From Gordius albopunctatus (lineage: Eukaryota): a stretch of 64,000 nt of DNA. Within the stretch, counting starts at the first letter, position 1. Every line of letters begins with the position of its first letter. Made by a program: the position numbers and the translations under genes. The DNA is taken from NCBI GenBank assembly GCA_964276515.1, contig OZ193909.1:4216001-4280000 (forward strand), given 5' to 3'. The notes beneath the pieces are model-generated. The model worked only from the letters and a program-made list of their open reading frames with translations. It was not told the origin of the DNA and made no database searches. This document shows positions 1 to 14,034 of the stretch, piece by piece.

Positions 1-920
1 GGATTCTAAATCCAAAAACCTTTAAAACTTAAGTAATTTTTATTGCCCCCCCCTTTATATAAACCCTGGGTACGCCCATTCGTGTCTGCTACATTCCCAA
101 GTTTTGTCATCCTAAAAAATAGTAAGCAATGTGAGACCTTGAGTATGATAGTGTTATTTTCCGAAACAAAGGTAATCATGAATTAGAAGTTAGCAGGTAT
201 ATATAAAAATCTTTCTGCTTTTGCAATCCTTTTAAACGAAAGTAGATTTTTCTATGAATCATTTAAGAATAATTTATTACTTCGACATTGGAATTTACAG
301 TTTTATGGAATTCAGAAAATTTTTACAGGGTTTTTTATTTTCGGCTTTCACATAGTACTCCTTGACTTCTACTTCCATCTATTGGAGCTTTATTGATCAA
401 TCATTATAATTTCGTTAATTGTACCTAAAAAATTCATAGTTTATTGATTATATTACTGGTACCGAATTCGCTTAATCAATGATTTAAAATAAGATTAGCG
501 ACATTTCTTCGGCTTTTCGCAGTAGTTTAATGACGAAAATATGCGAGGAATAAGCAAACACACAATATAATAAATTAGTGTGTAACAAAAACTGGGCTAG
601 AAAATTTAATTTTAAGCGATTACCATGAAAAACAATTTCTTACTCATTTAGCTATTCTATTCAAGGTGTCTGTCACTATCTCACCTTGGATGTTTATCAG
701 TCTTTAGTCACGAAACGCCCGCATGTTTACTAATAAACTCCTAAAAATTGGCTTTTTTGACGCTCTTTGAGAGATCAAAAGCATTTCTCTGTCTTCTTTG
801 TGTCCTATATGAGCGTTGAATTCAATATTTTAAATAGAAGTAAACCAGAAAATATTTTCAAAAAGTTAATTGTATCTCTACAAATAGTGTAATCGATTTA
901 TTCCATTATACCTCGCACAG

Positions 921-3900
921 CTTTTGAACATGTTTCTCAAAAATAACGGTTTGTTCGACAACTTCAAACGAAGTCCGCTCTTCGTTAAAATGCTGGCCGA
1001 GATGGACTTGCTACCAGACGCTCGTGATTCTTCAGAAACAAGTTCAACTCACGAAAGTACAGTGCTACAAAAGTTTTATAATTGAAAAATAATCGATTTT
1101 GATTTGTTTTTTCGAAATCCTAGTACTGTTTTGTAACGCTTTCTTATCGGTATTTTTATTTTGACCACCTCGTTTCCACATGTTTAATGAATCAGTTTGA
1201 CATAAAGATAAACGCGTTTTTAAGAAATAGTGGTTGTTATAACTGGATCTATAAAAGCATTAAATCCCGAAAATAGAGATTCAGTGTTTTTAAAATGCCT
1301 GGGTTTTGTTGGATCAATCTTTTGGTCCATGAGACTAACTCTCGACTAAGAAAACAGACAAAACGTTTGGTCTGGGGTCATGTTTTGTAGACTAAAACCA
1401 AAACCCAGTCGTTTTTACGACACTGAATCAAAGCCTCAACTTAGAGAGGTATATTATTGTATTAGATTTATTTGATTTTGAATAAAAAATAAGTTATTTA
1501 ACACATAATAGGTGTAATAGATATGTTAAAAATATTGTTATGAAATAAATTTCAATTTATTTGTCCTTTCTAAAGTGTAATTAAAACATTCTTTGTTATT
1601 AGTGTTTTAAAGGGATTTGTGTAGTCGATTTTGGTTCAACTAGGACTAACGGTCGACTTAACAAAAGCAGACCAAAATCCTCTGGTCTGTTTTTGTTATT
1701 TCGACTAAGCCTAGAAGTCGATCAAACAAAAGCCAAGTTGTGTTTTAAAACTTTACTAATTTGCGCGATGTTAGATGATACGGTCTCGAGCTCTTACAAA
1801 GCCCCGTTCATTACTTTTAACGAATCGGTCGAGGGAAAAAGCAAGAAAATGGCGACCATCGACACGACTTATAACTCCTCTGCCTCGAAAAATCAGCAGG
1901 CCACGCTCAAAACTTCCACACCGAGGCAGGCATCTTTTAGTAATGGGGCTCCTAAGCAATACGATCTCCCGCACAACTTACTGAAACGGGCTCTCGAAAT
2001 AGAGTATCGTCTCAATGCCCACGTCACCCATATAGGTAATTCAAAGTTTGGCTTACAAACGTTTTTCCATATTGGCGTTTAAAATTTTTTAATTTTTTTT
2101 ACAATTTTCCATATTATTCGATATTGTATTTTACGTCTAAAGCTTGAGATATCTACAAACTAGTTTCAGAGCTTTTTCTTATTTAGGCCGTTGTCTTACA
2201 TTAAGAGGTTTTTACATACAATTCCGATTAAATAGGTGTTTTATTATCGTTTTCCCCCTTTTAACATAGTAAAAAAGATTTTAATTTATGTCTACGTCTA
2301 TTTATTTGCGGGATTTTTTATAAAAGTTTTAAGGATAACCAGAAAATATGTATTATATTTGGCTGTTAATAATGAACTGGGATGTAGTTTTAGTGGAAAT
2401 GCGTATTTATACTTTTAGTATATCTTTAAAATGATGTCCTTTTCACTATTATAAGTCTTAATTGGAACAATATTCACATATAATTACTAGATGAGCTCGG
2501 CCAAGCGTTGCTTTGGCTCAGTCTTTAATTCTCTTGAGTAATATGTAAATGCTCAATACATTATTGAACCTATTTGAGAATAATTTCGTAAATTAAACTT
2601 TTGTTTTAGTGGAAGCACGAAAGCGAAAAATCGAAGTGAATTTTTGGGCTATTTTATCAAATTCCTCACTCTTTTTCTTAATATCTTTATATTCATCGTG
2701 AAATTTATCATATATCAATGGTATTGCACAAATATAATTCATAAGATCGTAATTATTCTATAAACATATAAAATTATATAAAAATTCATACATACCGAAT
2801 TCTATTTTTTAACCATCGCGCGAAAAGTACAAAATGATTTGTATTAATTGCTATGCAATTTATGGGCTCGTTTTTTTGTTTTCCGTCCGTCGTCTGTCGT
2901 CCACCAAGTTATTTACAACGGCTTCATGACCTGGAGGTTTAGGGATCGAGACCCGGAGAGGACAAAAAATTTTATTTTTTTTTGAATTAAATGAATATAT
3001 TGTTCCTGTTAATACCATTGATAATATCACTTTTTGAGCGTGTTCTGGCTACTGACCATTTGAAAAAATGACCATTGGCCAAATTTTGTTCGAAATTTTT
3101 TTTTCCGTTTTTTTTAAATTGGTTACCATTGATATTTACCCTATGCCCGTCAGTCCAATTATTTTGCATTTAATATCCCCCTATAGAGATTCTCGCCCAT
3201 AAATTGCATAGCAAATATGCTACTTTTATACAGAGTATAGATGAGTTCCCCCTTCCTATCCCTTCCCCTACTCCCATTCCCCCCTTCCCCTTCCCACGAG
3301 GGCCGAAGGCCCGAGTCTTATTTTCGTTCGCTTTTTGCCGCGGGCGAAAATAATCGTCTGCGGTTTTACTAGGAACGTCTCTTATTTATAATTGTTATTT
3401 TCGTGATATATGATAAATTTCGCGATGAATATTAAATAAATTAAGAAAAAGAATAAAAAGTTTGATAAATTAGCCCCAAAGTTCACTTCGCTTTTTTCGA
3501 TTCGGGCATCATCACGAACGCCGCCTTATACGATTATTATACGATAGCGAAATAGGGCATTTTTAGTCTAAATAATGAATTCATCTCGACCCTTTTACAC
3601 CGGGAAAAAATAAATTAAAAGTGATATGGTCAAAAAATCTTATGTCATCAACAGACAATCAAGCTATAATTTCTCAATTTAAATCGCATAATAATATCCT
3701 CCTTTAAATTTTATTCTACCCTAACTAGTCGTTTCTCGGGAGTCAGAACGAACGTACGCCATGTATGCCATAACAGTTACCAGGGAACCATACCACATAG
3801 CCTCCAACAATGAGGACTCTAAAAGTAGTGGCCTCAAACGCGACAACCTAGATTCTTGGTGCGTTTATCGGAGATACAGCGAATTTCACGACTTTCACAT

Positions 3901-6900
3901 GAATTTACGCGAACGGGTAATCTTAGCTATAACCAAATTAATTAGTATTGTGATATTTGGATCGGAAAAATCTCCGAATTTTTGGTTAAATCTGTCAGAA
4001 ATACACGACTAAAAAGGTCGAAATCATTATTATTGTAGGATTTAGGAATCGGAAAAAGTTTTGAAAATCGCTAGTTGTTGCCCGAGTAAAAAGAGCTGGT
4101 AAAATATTATCAATTCGGAGAACGTTTTTTGACTTCTTTTAAAAAATCCCTATGCTTTGTCTCAACGATGGGGATATTAATATAGGAAGCCAAAACGGCG
4201 AATCTTTTACAGTTTTGCGCTCCTTTGGGAGAGATAGCAGGTTGGTCTTGGTTAAAATGTGATGGGGCTAAATCCATGTGATTTTCTATATGGAAGGATA
4301 CACCATTTTGTTAAGGACTAGGATATAGCTGTCATGACGCATCTTTTATTCTTAAAATGGTCCAAAGCCTTCGGAATTAAGGGAATAAAGGGTTCTTTCT
4401 GAGGCTATAACTTTCTTATTTAGAAAGATTAACTCTAAAAATTTATTTATTCAAAATATTAAAATTAACACGTAAATTGCTGACCTCCACCTCCGTTTTA
4501 CATTTACATTAAAGGTGTGATTTTATTAGTACTCGGACATGGCTGAGCTCAGGTTTCCACCCAAAAAACCCTTCGGTAACATGACGAAAGATTTTCTGGA
4601 AAAACGTCTGAAAACTCTGGATTCTTATCTCAAGGCAAGTGATCATGTTTCCTCTCGGCTCAGTAAATGAGCAGAGTAATAACAAGAATGTAAGGTAGGG
4701 AGCCCGACCCGGCCCCAGAAGGCTCGGATTAGAGAAGAGATAAAAATTGCGGGCTCAGGCCGTGCTCGGGCTGACAGATAACACTGGGCAGGACTTAGGG
4801 TCTAGGTCGGATGAATTAAATATTTTCGAAATTCATGAGCGTAGTGATTATTTTTCGGAATTACCATTATTTATACGAAACAAGGCGATATTTTTCAAAC
4901 TTTTTAATATTATTAAAACCCTTTTTTGACTTCGTATAGGCCCTGCTTGCCCCAGAGTTTTTGAAGACGCACAAGGGTTTGAAAGATTTGATGGAACAAT
5001 TTTTGGAGCCCGGGTCTTACGAAAAATGGAATGGGCAAATAGCCCGAACCGTAAGTTTATTTTTGGACGTAATATTTGGGGATTTGTAGCTCGTTTTTTT
5101 AAACATACATTACGTTTAGAATAATAAATGTTGCAAAATAATGTTAGATGGTGAGCCATGACTTTATCATTTTTATCTCCTTCTTCTTTATTCTGTTGCC
5201 ACAGTCGTGGGGTTTGTTTTAATAAATTTCTTCCATCTTGACCGGTTGAGTGCCATGTCTTGACTAATCCTTTTTTGTTTTCATAACTTTATCGACTTGC
5301 TTTTTCCACGTGACACGGGATCGTCCTCTTCCTCTCTTCCCCGGTACCTCAATGTCCAGTACTTTTCGATTTACGTCATTCGTGTCCTTTTATAAACTTT
5401 AAATTTTTGTCTTCTATGTTATCCTACTTTCAATGCTTTATCAATGAATTAAACCATCTTGTTTTGTAAGAAATGGTATGAACATTTTAAACCTTAACTT
5501 AGTTTTTGCTATAGTAATGTTGAAAATCAAAATTAAAACGCTGTTTACTTAGTTTTCGTAAGCATGACATAGTAGAGGCAAAATTAAGTTTCTGAACTCA
5601 CATAACTGTTTTTTTAAAATGATGATTCCGTTTTAGATGGATACCTTCGTTAATCCGTTTTTCTGAACTCATATATCTGTATTTTTAAAACGATGATTTG
5701 GTTTTAGATGGATACCTTCGTTAATCCGTTTTTCTGAACTCATATATCTGTATTTTTAAAACGATGATTCGGTTTTAGATGGATACCTTCGTTAATCCGT
5801 TGAAATCTTCGGTTCGTTTTATGGGCTCCATGGTTAAAACCGTACCCGAAAATATTGCTGACGGTGTTATTAAGGTTTCAGACTCCATGATAGACGGTGT
5901 CGGCAAGCTATTCAGTTTAACGGTAAACCCTAAATTTTTTTAATGGAAATAAATTTTTTGTTTATACATGGTAAATTTGCGACGAAAAAAGATGATTTAA
6001 CTGATTATTAGTAAAAAATTAAGATATTTTTATCGAATCCTTGTGGCTAAAATATATTTTTTGGGAATACTTTAGTTACGTTTAAAAAGAAGTATTATTA
6101 GATCAATAAATAATGAGATTTTAAGTTGCTTTAATTTTTCAAATTATTTTTATGCGGGTTTAGGAACATCGCCATTACCTTTGATGATAAGAAACGTAAT
6201 TTCATAATGGAGTGCACTAAAATCAGTATATAAATATGCTCGACATCATAAAGTCTAAATTTTAATTTGGCAGACAGTTAAGCGATAATCACGAACACGA
6301 TATTTTTCCGTAAAAAAATCTTTACCGACAACGAGACTATCCCCTTAAAAAGACTTAACTCTCATAAAAATATATTTCTATTTAAATTCCCTTTGACTGA
6401 TCTGCCAAGATAATATATACACCTATGCTTGGTTTTTGTTTTTGTGTCGTCACGTTAGCAAAATTTCCCGGGATTTAAGATGGCCGATACCATAGCCGTC
6501 GAATCATTAACCAAAGCATCGCTGGCAGATATCGAAGTAAATAAAATATTTATTTATCCGAAGATACATCACGTACATACTAATAATTTAATAATCACGG
6601 TATTTTTAGGGGGGTTGCATGCTTGGGCATAGCTAGCATTGGGGTTAGAGGGGGGCAATAATGATTTGGGGAGGGCGAAATGATAATTTTTAGAAATTTT
6701 GGCTTTTATTTTAAAAAATTTCAACAAAGTTTAGGATTTAGCGGGGGTCAGCGGCACCCCTCTGCCCCCACCCCTTGGCTACGCCCACTGTTGTATATAT
6801 TATTGACAAGGCGATTAATATAGGAATTGCCTTGTTAAAGTTAAATAGCCAAATATTTAGGATAACTACGTTTAAGCTTAAATCCTCATGATCCTTTTTC

Positions 6901-9900
6901 CATAATACTTTATTTTAAACCTCAAGCATATTGAATAAGTTACCGAAATTAAAATCATCGTAAATTCCACGGCCTAGTATGTAATATGTTAACGAGCGAA
7001 CTATATTAAACGAAATCAATCTGAGGCTTTTGGGTTAAATTAATCATCATAATGCTAGCATGGCAAATAATTATATGTGAAATCATAGTAACAACAGCTT
7101 TTGAGAAAACGTCCAGATTTTTGGCTAAAGTTTAGTTTTTTCAGAATGTGGTCGTGTCCGTTTGGGCTGACCAACACGATTTTATGTCAAATTTTGTTTT
7201 TGCAGGACGTCGACAACATAGCCTTTAAGATATTGATACTACTGATGGACGAAATATTCGACCTGAAAACGCGTAATCAATGGCTCAGGCGCCGTCTTAT
7301 GGTCATCATGCGCCAAGTGGTGCAGGTCGCCTACGGTGGAATTATGAACAAGTTTTACATTGATTCATAAAAAAATTTACCATTAATTTACCGATCATAT
7401 TGCTAACAATAGCCCTACCCTGTGGCAGAATTGGTGCTTAAAAAAATTCCCTTTTTTACACCGACCAAATGTAATTTAATCAGCATTTATACCTTTTTAT
7501 TTTTGAGTCGGATGCACCGTTTATACCGCTGTTATATTACATCGAATCGGTGTTTTTTTATAACATAATTCATAAATAGATAGTCGACTTGAAGGGGATT
7601 CCGGTCGGGGGGCCAAATCAGGCCTGACCCGAGACCAAGGCCCACTATTTTATTTTGCTAGACCGTGCAGGGCTATACCCATAGATACTTAATTAGATCG
7701 TTGTTTCGTAAGTTAAATCATTTTGGCACCACACCAATATTTAAGGGGCACTGGAATTTAATAAATTTTCTGCGACAGCTGCAAATATTGCTAAATGTTA
7801 TGTATTGCATAAGACTCGCCACCAGTAAATTTTTGCCAAAAAATTAATTTACACAATGACCATTTTGTCTTATGTTCGGTTGTATATATACCTGTAGCTA
7901 GCTATATTTTTGAATTTTGTGTGCCTTTAGGAAAATTATCGAACAAGTCGATTGGCTGACGTTGCCGGAACAAATGGCTTCTTTCATTAAAAAGTTCAGG
8001 TATTCTTTCCTTTATTCGATATAATAATAGCACCTTAATCAATATTGGGTTTTTACAAATTATTACGTCCATAATTTTAAATAACACAGGTCTGCAAATA
8101 TTGACTTTGTGATTCCATCCCACAATCAGACCAATAATTCGGATAGAGAATTTTGTGCCGAATAAGAATTGTTTTTCGTTTTTTCCCAAAGCCTCCAGTT
8201 ATTTAAATAAACGAGATTGAAGGCTCAAAAATGCCCATTCTCAGCTTATATTTCCACGGCATTTTTAATTTATATTGCAAGACACTATTATATTCCTGGA
8301 GATCGAAGTTTCTTCCCTAGGTCCATCATTTTATTTTTTGTTTTGCATCTATATTTAAACGTATTCGCGTTTACGTGAACCCCTTCCCTCTATCAAAATT
8401 CTTCCCAATGTGCCCTAGAAAAAGGTCCAAGGCAAATTAGACTCATATGTATTTGAGATCTTCATTATTTTACTGGTCGAATGACGTGCTACCATTATTT
8501 TTCTTTTTAGAGACTCTTTTTGGCCCGGTGGAATATTGGCGAGGCGCACCGTGCCACGCAGTCATAGTCAAAAAGCTAGAACCAAGGTGCTAGCCCTAGT
8601 CAAAATATTTGCTGCTATCCCGGGTAAAAAATTCAGGAATGATGGATGAGATAGCAATTACAAATTCAGTATCATTATAAGTGTCAATGAGTTGAGGCAC
8701 TGAAACTAACGCAAAAAACTCTTGAGTGAAAGTTATTTTGATAAATTTTATTAAGATTTTTTTGGAATTTTTTTGTGTAATGATGCAAAAAAATTAATTT
8801 ATTAAAGATTCACTTTTTATAATTAAATTCGGGCCCAACGCTCGGTTCAAATTGTATTTTGGACCTTTTTAACCCTATATATACATATTTATTTATTTGA
8901 GGTAATACTTTTGTTCATAAAAATACTCCCCCCTTTATACAATCTATCAAAATGGTTTTGCTCTATGAGTTGTAAAAACGACTAGGTTTTGTTTGGTCAA
9001 CCTTTACTTAAACTGAAACTAACGTTTTTCGAATTTCGAACAAGCCTAGAGCTCACCTAAGAAAAATAGACGAAAAATCCTTTGGTCTCTTTTTATTAAG
9101 TAAATACTTTTATAACTGCAAAACATACTTGCTTTTTAATGGGGCGTCGTAATATACCTCTCACATAAATTTGACTCTCATTTTTAAGAATTAGTAAGAG
9201 TAATGTTTGATGGATATATTTCAACCAAAGTTTTGAAGTGAAGGAAGCCATATAAGTTAAAGTTATTTATAAAGAAATATTATTCATTTCTTTTAGCAAT
9301 AATTTTTCCATGTGACCACAGATGAAATCCGCACCGTTGTGGGCAGTGAAACGACGAAGGAAGGCGTTAAAATGACCTTTGACATGCTACAAAGCAAACG
9401 GTACAACAGGCGTTACCTCTACGCCAGCCTAGAACGCTTTTGGCCCCTCCTGTTTCCCGGTCCACCCGGCGCCAAAATAAATCGCATTATAACCGCAAAT
9501 TTTTTATCGCCCACCCGATGGGTTCCTACCCCTACCTTACACCGAAATTCAGTGGTGCACTTAGATCTCATAGAAAATAATTGCGAGGAGAGCGAACTAA
9601 ATGACAGAACATTGCTGCGACAACCAATAGAAAATTATGATACCATCCTAAAAAAGGGGCGATCTTCGTGGTTGAGCGGAGAAAACAACTGTAATATTCC
9701 TATAGTAGTTCAAAGTAGTAATAGCGCTTGTGGTAGTGTCGAGGAGTGCAATGAAAGCGACAGAACTTTGCCGTCCCCAAGGCTTAAGCAAGATTCCCTA
9801 AGTCTCAACGGGGAACTTGATACGACGCTAGTGAGGAATTCTCTAGCACAAGCCTCCAACACGTCTGCCAATGATGGCGGCGCTACTTTCAAACGCCACA

Positions 9901-9953
9901 AACGCACTAACTCAACCCCTTTGGGTAAAAATGTGATAAATTACAAACAATAA
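921..9953 (+). CDS. SNX13: Sorting nexin-13-like (PXA-RGS-PX-PXC family), 3' part; spliced, 5' exons lie upstream of the window
   Basis: Phase-consistent exons 921-1056, 1775-2035, 3729-3916, 4530-4634, 4940-5050, 5779-5922, 6459-6536, 7206-7351, 7931-7999, 8511-8623, 9322-9953. Peptides: FKRSPLFVKMLAEMDLL (RGS end), YAMYAITV..WCVYRRYSEFHDFHM and FPPKKPFGNMTKDFLEKR (PX), MDTFVNPLK, LLMDEIFDLKTRNQWLRR, DSFWPGGILA (Nexin_C), all matching SNX13. Confidence 0.93.
2845..3317 (+). mobile_element. Helentron/DINE-1-like non-autonomous element
   Basis: 20-bp inverted repeat TTGCTATGCAATTTATGGGC (2848) / GCCCATAAATTGCATAGCAA (3195-3214), then terminal stem-loop GGGCC-gaa-GGCCC (3300-3312). Full copy at 29761-30090; partial ends ~32260, 40140-40185, 43130-43150, 56070-56120. 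Confidence 0.7.
4635..4939 (+). other. GC-AG intron in SNX13
   Basis: AAG|GCAAGT donor; phase 0 join gives LDSYLK-ALLAPEFL, collinear with the SNX13 PX domain; no GT at this position. Confidence 0.85.
5170..5388 (-). mobile_element. RTE 3'-end fragment in SNX13 intron
   Basis: Reverse complement closely matches 14990-15195 (GKRGRGR..WKKQVDKVM, GAA tail). Confidence 0.85.
5589..5801 (+). repeat. 71-bp tandem triplication spanning an SNX13 3' splice site
   Basis: Three copies of ttctgaactca..gttttagATGGATACCTTCGTTAATCCGTT with ATG at 5637, 5708, 5779. Confidence 0.95.
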
Positions 9954-11009
9954 AATTATCGGGCTGACCTAATCAGACAGACACCAAATATCGTTGGTTC
10001 ATGTGGTGGAAGGAACACGAGAAAATTTCCAAGATTTAAAAAAAGCAAACCTGTTCTGTATATTACAGAAAGTTGTGCAACTTCTACGACCATCTCCGTT
10101 CTTCCATTTCTACCCTAAGTAGCAGTTCCTCCTATGCATTGACCCACACGACACATTCCCAATATAATTGTTAGTGCGATATCGTCGCCTTTGTCATTGT
10201 ATTATTGTCTTGGCACTATATTTGTAAACTTACACGCTCTAATGGATTTATTTTGTATAACAAATGCTCATCCTCCTAAAGTGCTTTAGAGTGTTAATGT
10301 TGTTTTTAAATTTGCACATTTTAACCCTAAAAATTCTAAGATTTGAACTTGAACATTAAGTCGAACCTTAGTATAAAATAAAAGTCAACAAAGTAGATAG
10401 TAAATAATATGGGTCTAAAGACAAGAATTTATTAAATCTAATAGCCTGTAATTATTTGCCAACATATATTGGAAAAGGTTGTAACTACTTTCCTAATCTA
10501 AATGTTTTGTGACTGCATTATCTCTATAAAATTTAGATAAAAAGCTCTCCTACTTTATTTAAGTAAGATAAAATAATTATCCACTAACTACCCTAACATT
10601 TTAATTAGTGAGAATGGCAAACCGCATTATAAAAAACCTGGCATTTTCTCAACAATACGTGTTTAATTTAAATTCCATCGTCAAAATAATTTAGCTGTTC
10701 ACATAATCCAGCCATTCAAATTTTTTCGATCGCCTCAATGTCAATTTTATCAAAATAATCGATATAACTAGCCAAATTAAACGCTTGTGTGATCAATAAA
10801 CTTGAGATAAACTACCACTTATTCCTATTAGTTTTATCATATCGTATCAAGGGCTTAAGTGCAAGCATGATTCTAGCTGTTTGCACAACGACACTTTAGT
10901 TTTGGATGTTATTTTTAAGGAAAAAGTTTCAGTACATTTATTATTATAAATAAAATTCCAAATAAATAGGTAGCGAGCTCGGCTCAAAATCTATATGTGT
11001 GTATCGTTG

Positions 11010-13808
11010 TTAAGTGCTATCCGAATTTAGTATGGGTCTACGCGCGTTGACGATCATATTTTTCAAGTGATTCATGTGAACTTCGACTTGGTCTCTGAAG
11101 GAAGCTATATTCTCCGGCTCTAAAACATCCTTTTTGATGTGATTTATAGATTGGGCCAAGGACTCTAGCCTGTACAGCTCCGAAGACGACGAACTATCCG
11201 CAACATCTATGTTACATTTAATATTTTCACTTAAGCAAATGAATGGTAGGAGGACAATTTTTATTTTTAATCAACGTTTGACACGTATCAGTCAGTGTAA
11301 GATCTTAAAATTACGTAAAAATGAAGTACGAGACCAGCCTAATAATTAAGATTGTATAAAAACAGTTTATGCATTAGTGTTGTAAAAACGGGGCTGTTTT
11401 GTTTGGTCGACCTTTGGTTTTACTCGACTAAACATAAACAGAGCAAGGGTTTGAGCAAAGTTTAGTCGACTTAAACCAAAGGTCGACCAAAGAAAAAACC
11501 CAGCCATTTAGATTAAACCTATAATTCACAAAGTTACTGAAGGGTGATATTTTAACTTAATAACTTTTGAAATAGAGGAGATTGATGTAAAGCTTAGTCA
11601 GGTGTACTACTAAAGTTAATATTCTTTGCATAAGACTTTACAACGGTTATAAAAATGACGAAGTCCATAATGGACTACCTCTAGCATCGGAGGCTTGTTG
11701 TTGTGCTCTGGGGGGCGATAATTTGAGTTGTAGCAGCGTGGAAGTGTAATGGGTGATGAGATTTAGTATTCGGGTAGCCGATTCGCCCCTATATTCTTCC
11801 TCAGTCAAGGCAACATCACCACCTCTTTCAATCTCTATACCACTTTTAACATCGGTTTCCATTGATCCTTTCGAGCGTTGAAGTAAACTTTCTTTCGGTC
11901 GTGCGTGATAAGCTTTAGCCAAATCCCCCAGAGCCGCGTAAGTTCCTTGGCTGTGATTTAAAACGGTATCTACTATGCGAGCAGCTTCGTCGAAGTAAAA
12001 GCCCTGCTTAGCCTCGAACCAAGTATTATTATGGCCCTGGGACGGGTTGCTATTAGGAGTGGCTGCTCGGACGTTGTTTTTAGGGTAGCGCAAGTAACTC
12101 AAGGCGACGTCCGACAAATCGGGTATAACAGGACCGGTATGGATCAAGCCTGGTTTATTAAAACCTACCCGGCCCGCCACCTTGTTACATAATTCGAAGA
12201 GGGAACGATCGAGATGAATGATTTCCAAAACCAATTCCGCATACTTAATTTTGAAGGGTTGGGGGTAGGTAAAGGCGTTGCCATCTCCCACTACCAAGTG
12301 CGAACTTGTGTAATGCATTTTTTCCGCTTCCCGATTCATCTTACGCAACGCGTCCAAGTGCTTAGCTTTGTACATGAGCAACTTATAGCAAGCGGCAACC
12401 CGAACTAGCGTTTCTAAGCGACCACAAACAAGAGTGGGCCGACCATCCTTGGGCTGCTCCTGACTGGCTAACCTATTATTTTCTACGTGTATGTTGCGTA
12501 GTAAAATGGACCTCCAGTCGTTGGGCGAAGTCAGGAGTTTTACTTTATTGTCATCTTCAAACTGCAAGGATGTTTTAGACGGACTCATATGGTTAGATTC
12601 CATTTTATCTGGCTTGAGGGGAGAAAATCCTACGACTAAACCCTTATCTTCAATAGGGCCATAGGAGGCATCATTTGCATTGTTGATTAAAGATTTGGGA
12701 TAAAATCTAATGGGGGTCCTATTTAGCAAGGAGGTAGCTGTCAAGCTTGCACCAACACCACCTTTGGGTGAAGCGAGTGGAGATAGAAAGGATTTTGGTG
12801 AGAAGGGAGAATCCTGAGAAGATTTGATTTGTGAAGTAGCTTGTAAAGGGTACATACGCACATACTGAGATTGTTGGTGATTTTGGTTTTGCCCAGTGAC
12901 TAGATTGTTCATCTTGAGGATAGCAGTAACAGATATTGTACCATTTTCACCCTCCCTCCAACTCATGATTTCAAAATCTGGGATGGATTGTGTTCCCAAA
13001 AATGGTTGATCAAATGCCACCCTGTACTCCCATTTAGAATGGTCAATAGCAGTGATACGTCCTCTGAACATCCCATCACAGGGCTGCCTTATACGAGCCA
13101 TAACTTTAGATCCAACTATGAGTGGGTGGGGTATGTAGGGAGGTAAATCTTGCAAAAAGTAATCCTCAATGGTGGTAGCAGTATTACCCATTTGATTTAG
13201 TGAGTTTTTGTCTAATGATTAAATTTGGTTGAAAAGTTAACTTAAATATATAATTGCTATGCAAAAATAATAAGATATACTATTATAAAAATACACAATT
13301 TTCAATTAATATCTTGTGATATACACAGCAATGACTATGCAAAATAATAAAAAGTATATAGATAAAACTAATGCAATAATATTGATCAATGAATAAAATA
13401 TATTTAAGCATCTTACTTTTTATTAAACTGTTGATAAACATGGTGGTTTTATAATCAGTGGTCTTATCATAATCTATGTGCCATAAAGATCTTATCTTTT
13501 CACGTTTGATCTTTAAAGCATTCCTTTCTTCATTAAAAAATGATTGGGAGCATCTGATATAATTTAGAAATAAGTTTTTTACTTTTAAAATACCTTCTAG
13601 GTTTTCCTAGTAATTTTCTGATCTTACACCACTGCGATCGTGAAATACGAGATGTGTCCAAGTCAGGAAATGAAGTCTTGAGACAGGTAATGAATTCACT
13701 CTTCATATCAAAAACAACTTTATCCATATCAGAATAAAACCATTCATAGTAAAGCCAATTTGAAGCTTTAGGTAGCTTCAAAAAATTTTTTAATCGCGAG
13801 TCAATCAT
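11010..13808 (-). CDS. LIN9: LIN-9 (MuvB/DREAM subunit; DIRP + Tudor domains); 5' end unresolved
   Basis: Exons 13808-13594 (RLKNFLKLPKASNWLYYEWFYSDMDK..RSQWCKIRKLLGKPRR), 13553-~13417 (CSQSFFNEERNALKIKREKIR), 13211-11679 (PLIVGSKVMARIRQPCDGMFRGRITAID Tudor; LRKMNREAEKM), 11206-11010 (ENIASFRDQVEVHMNHL, TAA). An acceptor AG precedes 13808, so further upstream exon(s) are likely (possible 14-nt microexon 13872-13859). Confidence 0.9.
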
Positions 13809-14034
13809 CTTGATAAAAACGTAATTGAAAAAATTTTAAATTTGAATTTGTAAGTGACTCTCTTTGAATCCACTAGAAAATTTAAAAATTATAATATGAA
13901 TAATAAGGTTTTAAAATTTATTTAAACTTTTTATATTAGTAAATAAACGATTTTGATATGTAGGGCGATTGCAACATAAACAAGAGTATAAAGATAAGTT
14001 TATAAAAATAATTGCATAAATTAATAAACGGCTA

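Noticed and set aside
660..735. Possible additional SNX13 exon
   Set aside because: An acceptor-like AG is present but I could not match any frame to SNX13 or find a phase-compatible donor.
5589..5801. CRISPR-like repeat array
   Set aside because: The intervening sequences are near-identical, the context is a eukaryotic intron and there are no cas genes; it is a tandem duplication.
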